Made by a program: the position numbers and the translations under genes. This document shows, piece by piece, positions 62,158-64,000 of a stretch of 64,000 bases of DNA (position 1 is its first letter; each line of letters opens with the position of its first letter). The notes under the pieces were generated by a model. It saw only the letters and a program-made list of their open reading frames with translations, was not told the DNA's origin and did not search any database. The stretch covers positions 248,001 to 312,000 of the forward strand of contig CAXHJY010000275.1 of the NCBI GenBank assembly GCA_964016885.1, read 5' to 3'. This DNA is from Eledone cirrhosa. Its lineage: Eukaryota.

Positions 62158-62398
62158 CTGACAGATCGCCAAGTGTTATGGGCATCAATTGAAGTAGCTA
62201 TACTTGCCTTAATATTTGTCGTCTGCCTTAGAAAGAGACAGCCCTCTTTACCACCCAATCTGGTAGCAAAAGTTTTAGATGATCTCCTTCGAACCCAACA
62301 TTTTTCTCCCAATCGAAGACGTAATTCAGAATCCAATGTCAAGCAGCCTTCCATAAGTCACTGTGAGGTGGTTCGACAAAAAAGTGCAGATGACCTCA
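62158..62398 (+). CDS. SUCO: SUCO-like transmembrane exon (LTDRQVLWASIEVAILALIFVVCLRKR...SADDL)
   Basis: Poly-T plus ttacAG acceptor and GTAAGT donor at 62399; ~18-aa hydrophobic helix followed by basic RKR, where SUCO has its TM segment. Confidence 0.88.
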
Positions 62399-62641
62399 GT
62401 AAGTTGTTTTAATTCTTCACTCTAGATTTTTGTATTGGAGGAGGGGCGTTCCCCCCAATTAAAAACACATGCTCTTGTTGACCATTTACTAAGTTTGTCA
62501 AAGATTATTTTGTCTCACTATTGCAACCTTATCAATGCCCTATCAATTGCCAGACATTGATAGGGTCACAGTAATGTGGCAAAAAAAAAATTTGACAAAC
62601 TGAGTGAAGTATATACTCAATCTATTATCTCTTTGTTTCAG

Positions 62642-62697
62642 TTCATCCAAAATCTGTGCATATTGTGGAACCTACGACACCTTTCTTGCTTGGACAG
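62642..62697 (+). CDS. SUCO: SUCO-like exon (IHPKSVHIVEPTTPFLLGQ)
   Basis: tttgtttcAG acceptor and CAG|GTAAAT donor; phase 1 to 0, matching the previous exon; IVEP motif resembles the SUCO cytoplasmic tail. Confidence 0.78.
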
Positions 62698-63157
62698 GTA
62701 AATTATCTTTATTTACAAACATAGAAACATTGGAATATGAAATAAAACTTTAAATTTGAATAGCACACAAGAAATTTCATATGTTAATGATAATATGGTG
62801 CCCCTACAACTCCTTCTGGAGTTATGTGTCCATACCGTACTATACAGTTCATTGCCATATTATGTAACTGAAAAGGCCTGTTTTAAAAGTAGACTTACAT
62901 GCTCAGTACAAAAATCTGAATATAAATCAAGCCCACAAAGGATACTTTACATGTCTCAAATTACACCTAGCTGTCTTTAAAAAGGCAGGAATACATTGGA
63001 TAATGTGGTTCACTTTGTGAAGAAAGAAGGGGGGAGGGGGTCAATATGGTTACAACTGGAATAGGTTTGATCGTGTTTCTATTTGATCAGGATTGGCTTG
63101 TGACAAAACAACAACAATCAAAACTTGTGGTCATAATAAAATAAGACCACATCTTAA

Positions 63158-63350
63158 CCCTTTAGCATTCACATCACTCTATATATACTATTATATTTCT
63201 ACGGTAAAGCCTTTACTTCACATAATATCGAATCTATGAGATTTTGAGAAGAATACCTTAATGTCGGTATGAGTGGCCAGTTACTGCCTGTTTGAACAGA
63301 AATAAGTGAGAGAATTGTGGCTGGATACGGCCTGTTTAAATGCTTAAGGG
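63158..63350. mobile_element. Compact 193-bp piggyBac-type MITE
   Basis: TTAA|CCCTTTAGCATT...AATGCTTAAGGG|TTAA (TSDs at 63154-57 and 63351-54); no coding capacity. Confidence 0.9.
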
Positions 63351-64000
63351 TTAAATATTTTAGAAATCTTGATTACTATTCTTATTTCAAGTAAACCATA
63401 TCACACTTATCATAGTGTAGTTTCTCAGAATAACTACCATACATACAATAGTCAATCTTATGTAATAGTCGACCCCATAAATTTAACCTTAAAAATTTGA
63501 TTTACACGAGTATATACAGTAATCAATATAAAACTTAGTTATAAGACATCTTTATATAAACTAGAATAAAATTTAGGGTTAAAATTTACTGGGTTATTTA
63601 ATGTGGGTTGGAGGAAACTTTTAATTCCTTAGCCTACAACTTATTTCTCTCTTGCAACCCTGTAAGCTTATACCTGAAGCAGATTTTTAAGACAAACAAA
63701 AAAAATACCTTCCATGGATAAACAGATCTCGATACCAGCCTGAAGGTTTGGAACAGACTTAAGCTAATTTCTAAAAAGGTTTTAGCACAAAATACTTAAA
63801 ATCTATTTAACATACTGTACTCTTAAGAATATAATGTTTTAATACAATGTGAAAATTTTGTTAAACAACAAATAAATAGTGAAATAAAGCAAAGATGAAT
63901 CAGTTTAAAATATAACTTCACTGAAAATTGATCATAAATATCTGGAAAGTGTTGCAACCAGTAATTAGCTGATGCCACTTAGCTAGCTTCAAATAATTTG

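Overview
Eukaryotic, AT-rich animal DNA; the repeat content suggests an octopod/cephalopod mollusc (inference). The + strand carries seven consecutive, phase-compatible internal exons of a SUCO-like gene (SUN domain-containing ossification factor: Ser/Thr-rich spacer, the conserved KRESAIMRLNNRIKALELNVSLSSR|FLDELSQRYRKQ coiled coil, and a TM helix); the SUN-domain exons lie upstream of the window. The first ~31.6 kb is one 39-bp tandem array (~810 units, with kb-scale higher-order duplications) inside an intron of this gene, and its long ORFs are best explained as repeat artefacts. The other introns are packed with mobile DNA: RTE-clade LINEs, a near full-length decayed L1/Tx1-clade LINE, a Penelope-like element, tRNA-derived SINEs and MITEs. 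Most notable: (1) a ~193-bp TTAA/piggyBac-type MITE inflated to ~13.8 kb by internal minisatellite growth plus three LINEs; (2) a Tx1 element joined directly to an RTE element inside one candidate target-site duplication; (3) several hammerhead-ribozyme-like motifs, including a non-canonical-core variant in the Penelope 3' end and a ~335-bp foldback with one motif in each arm.
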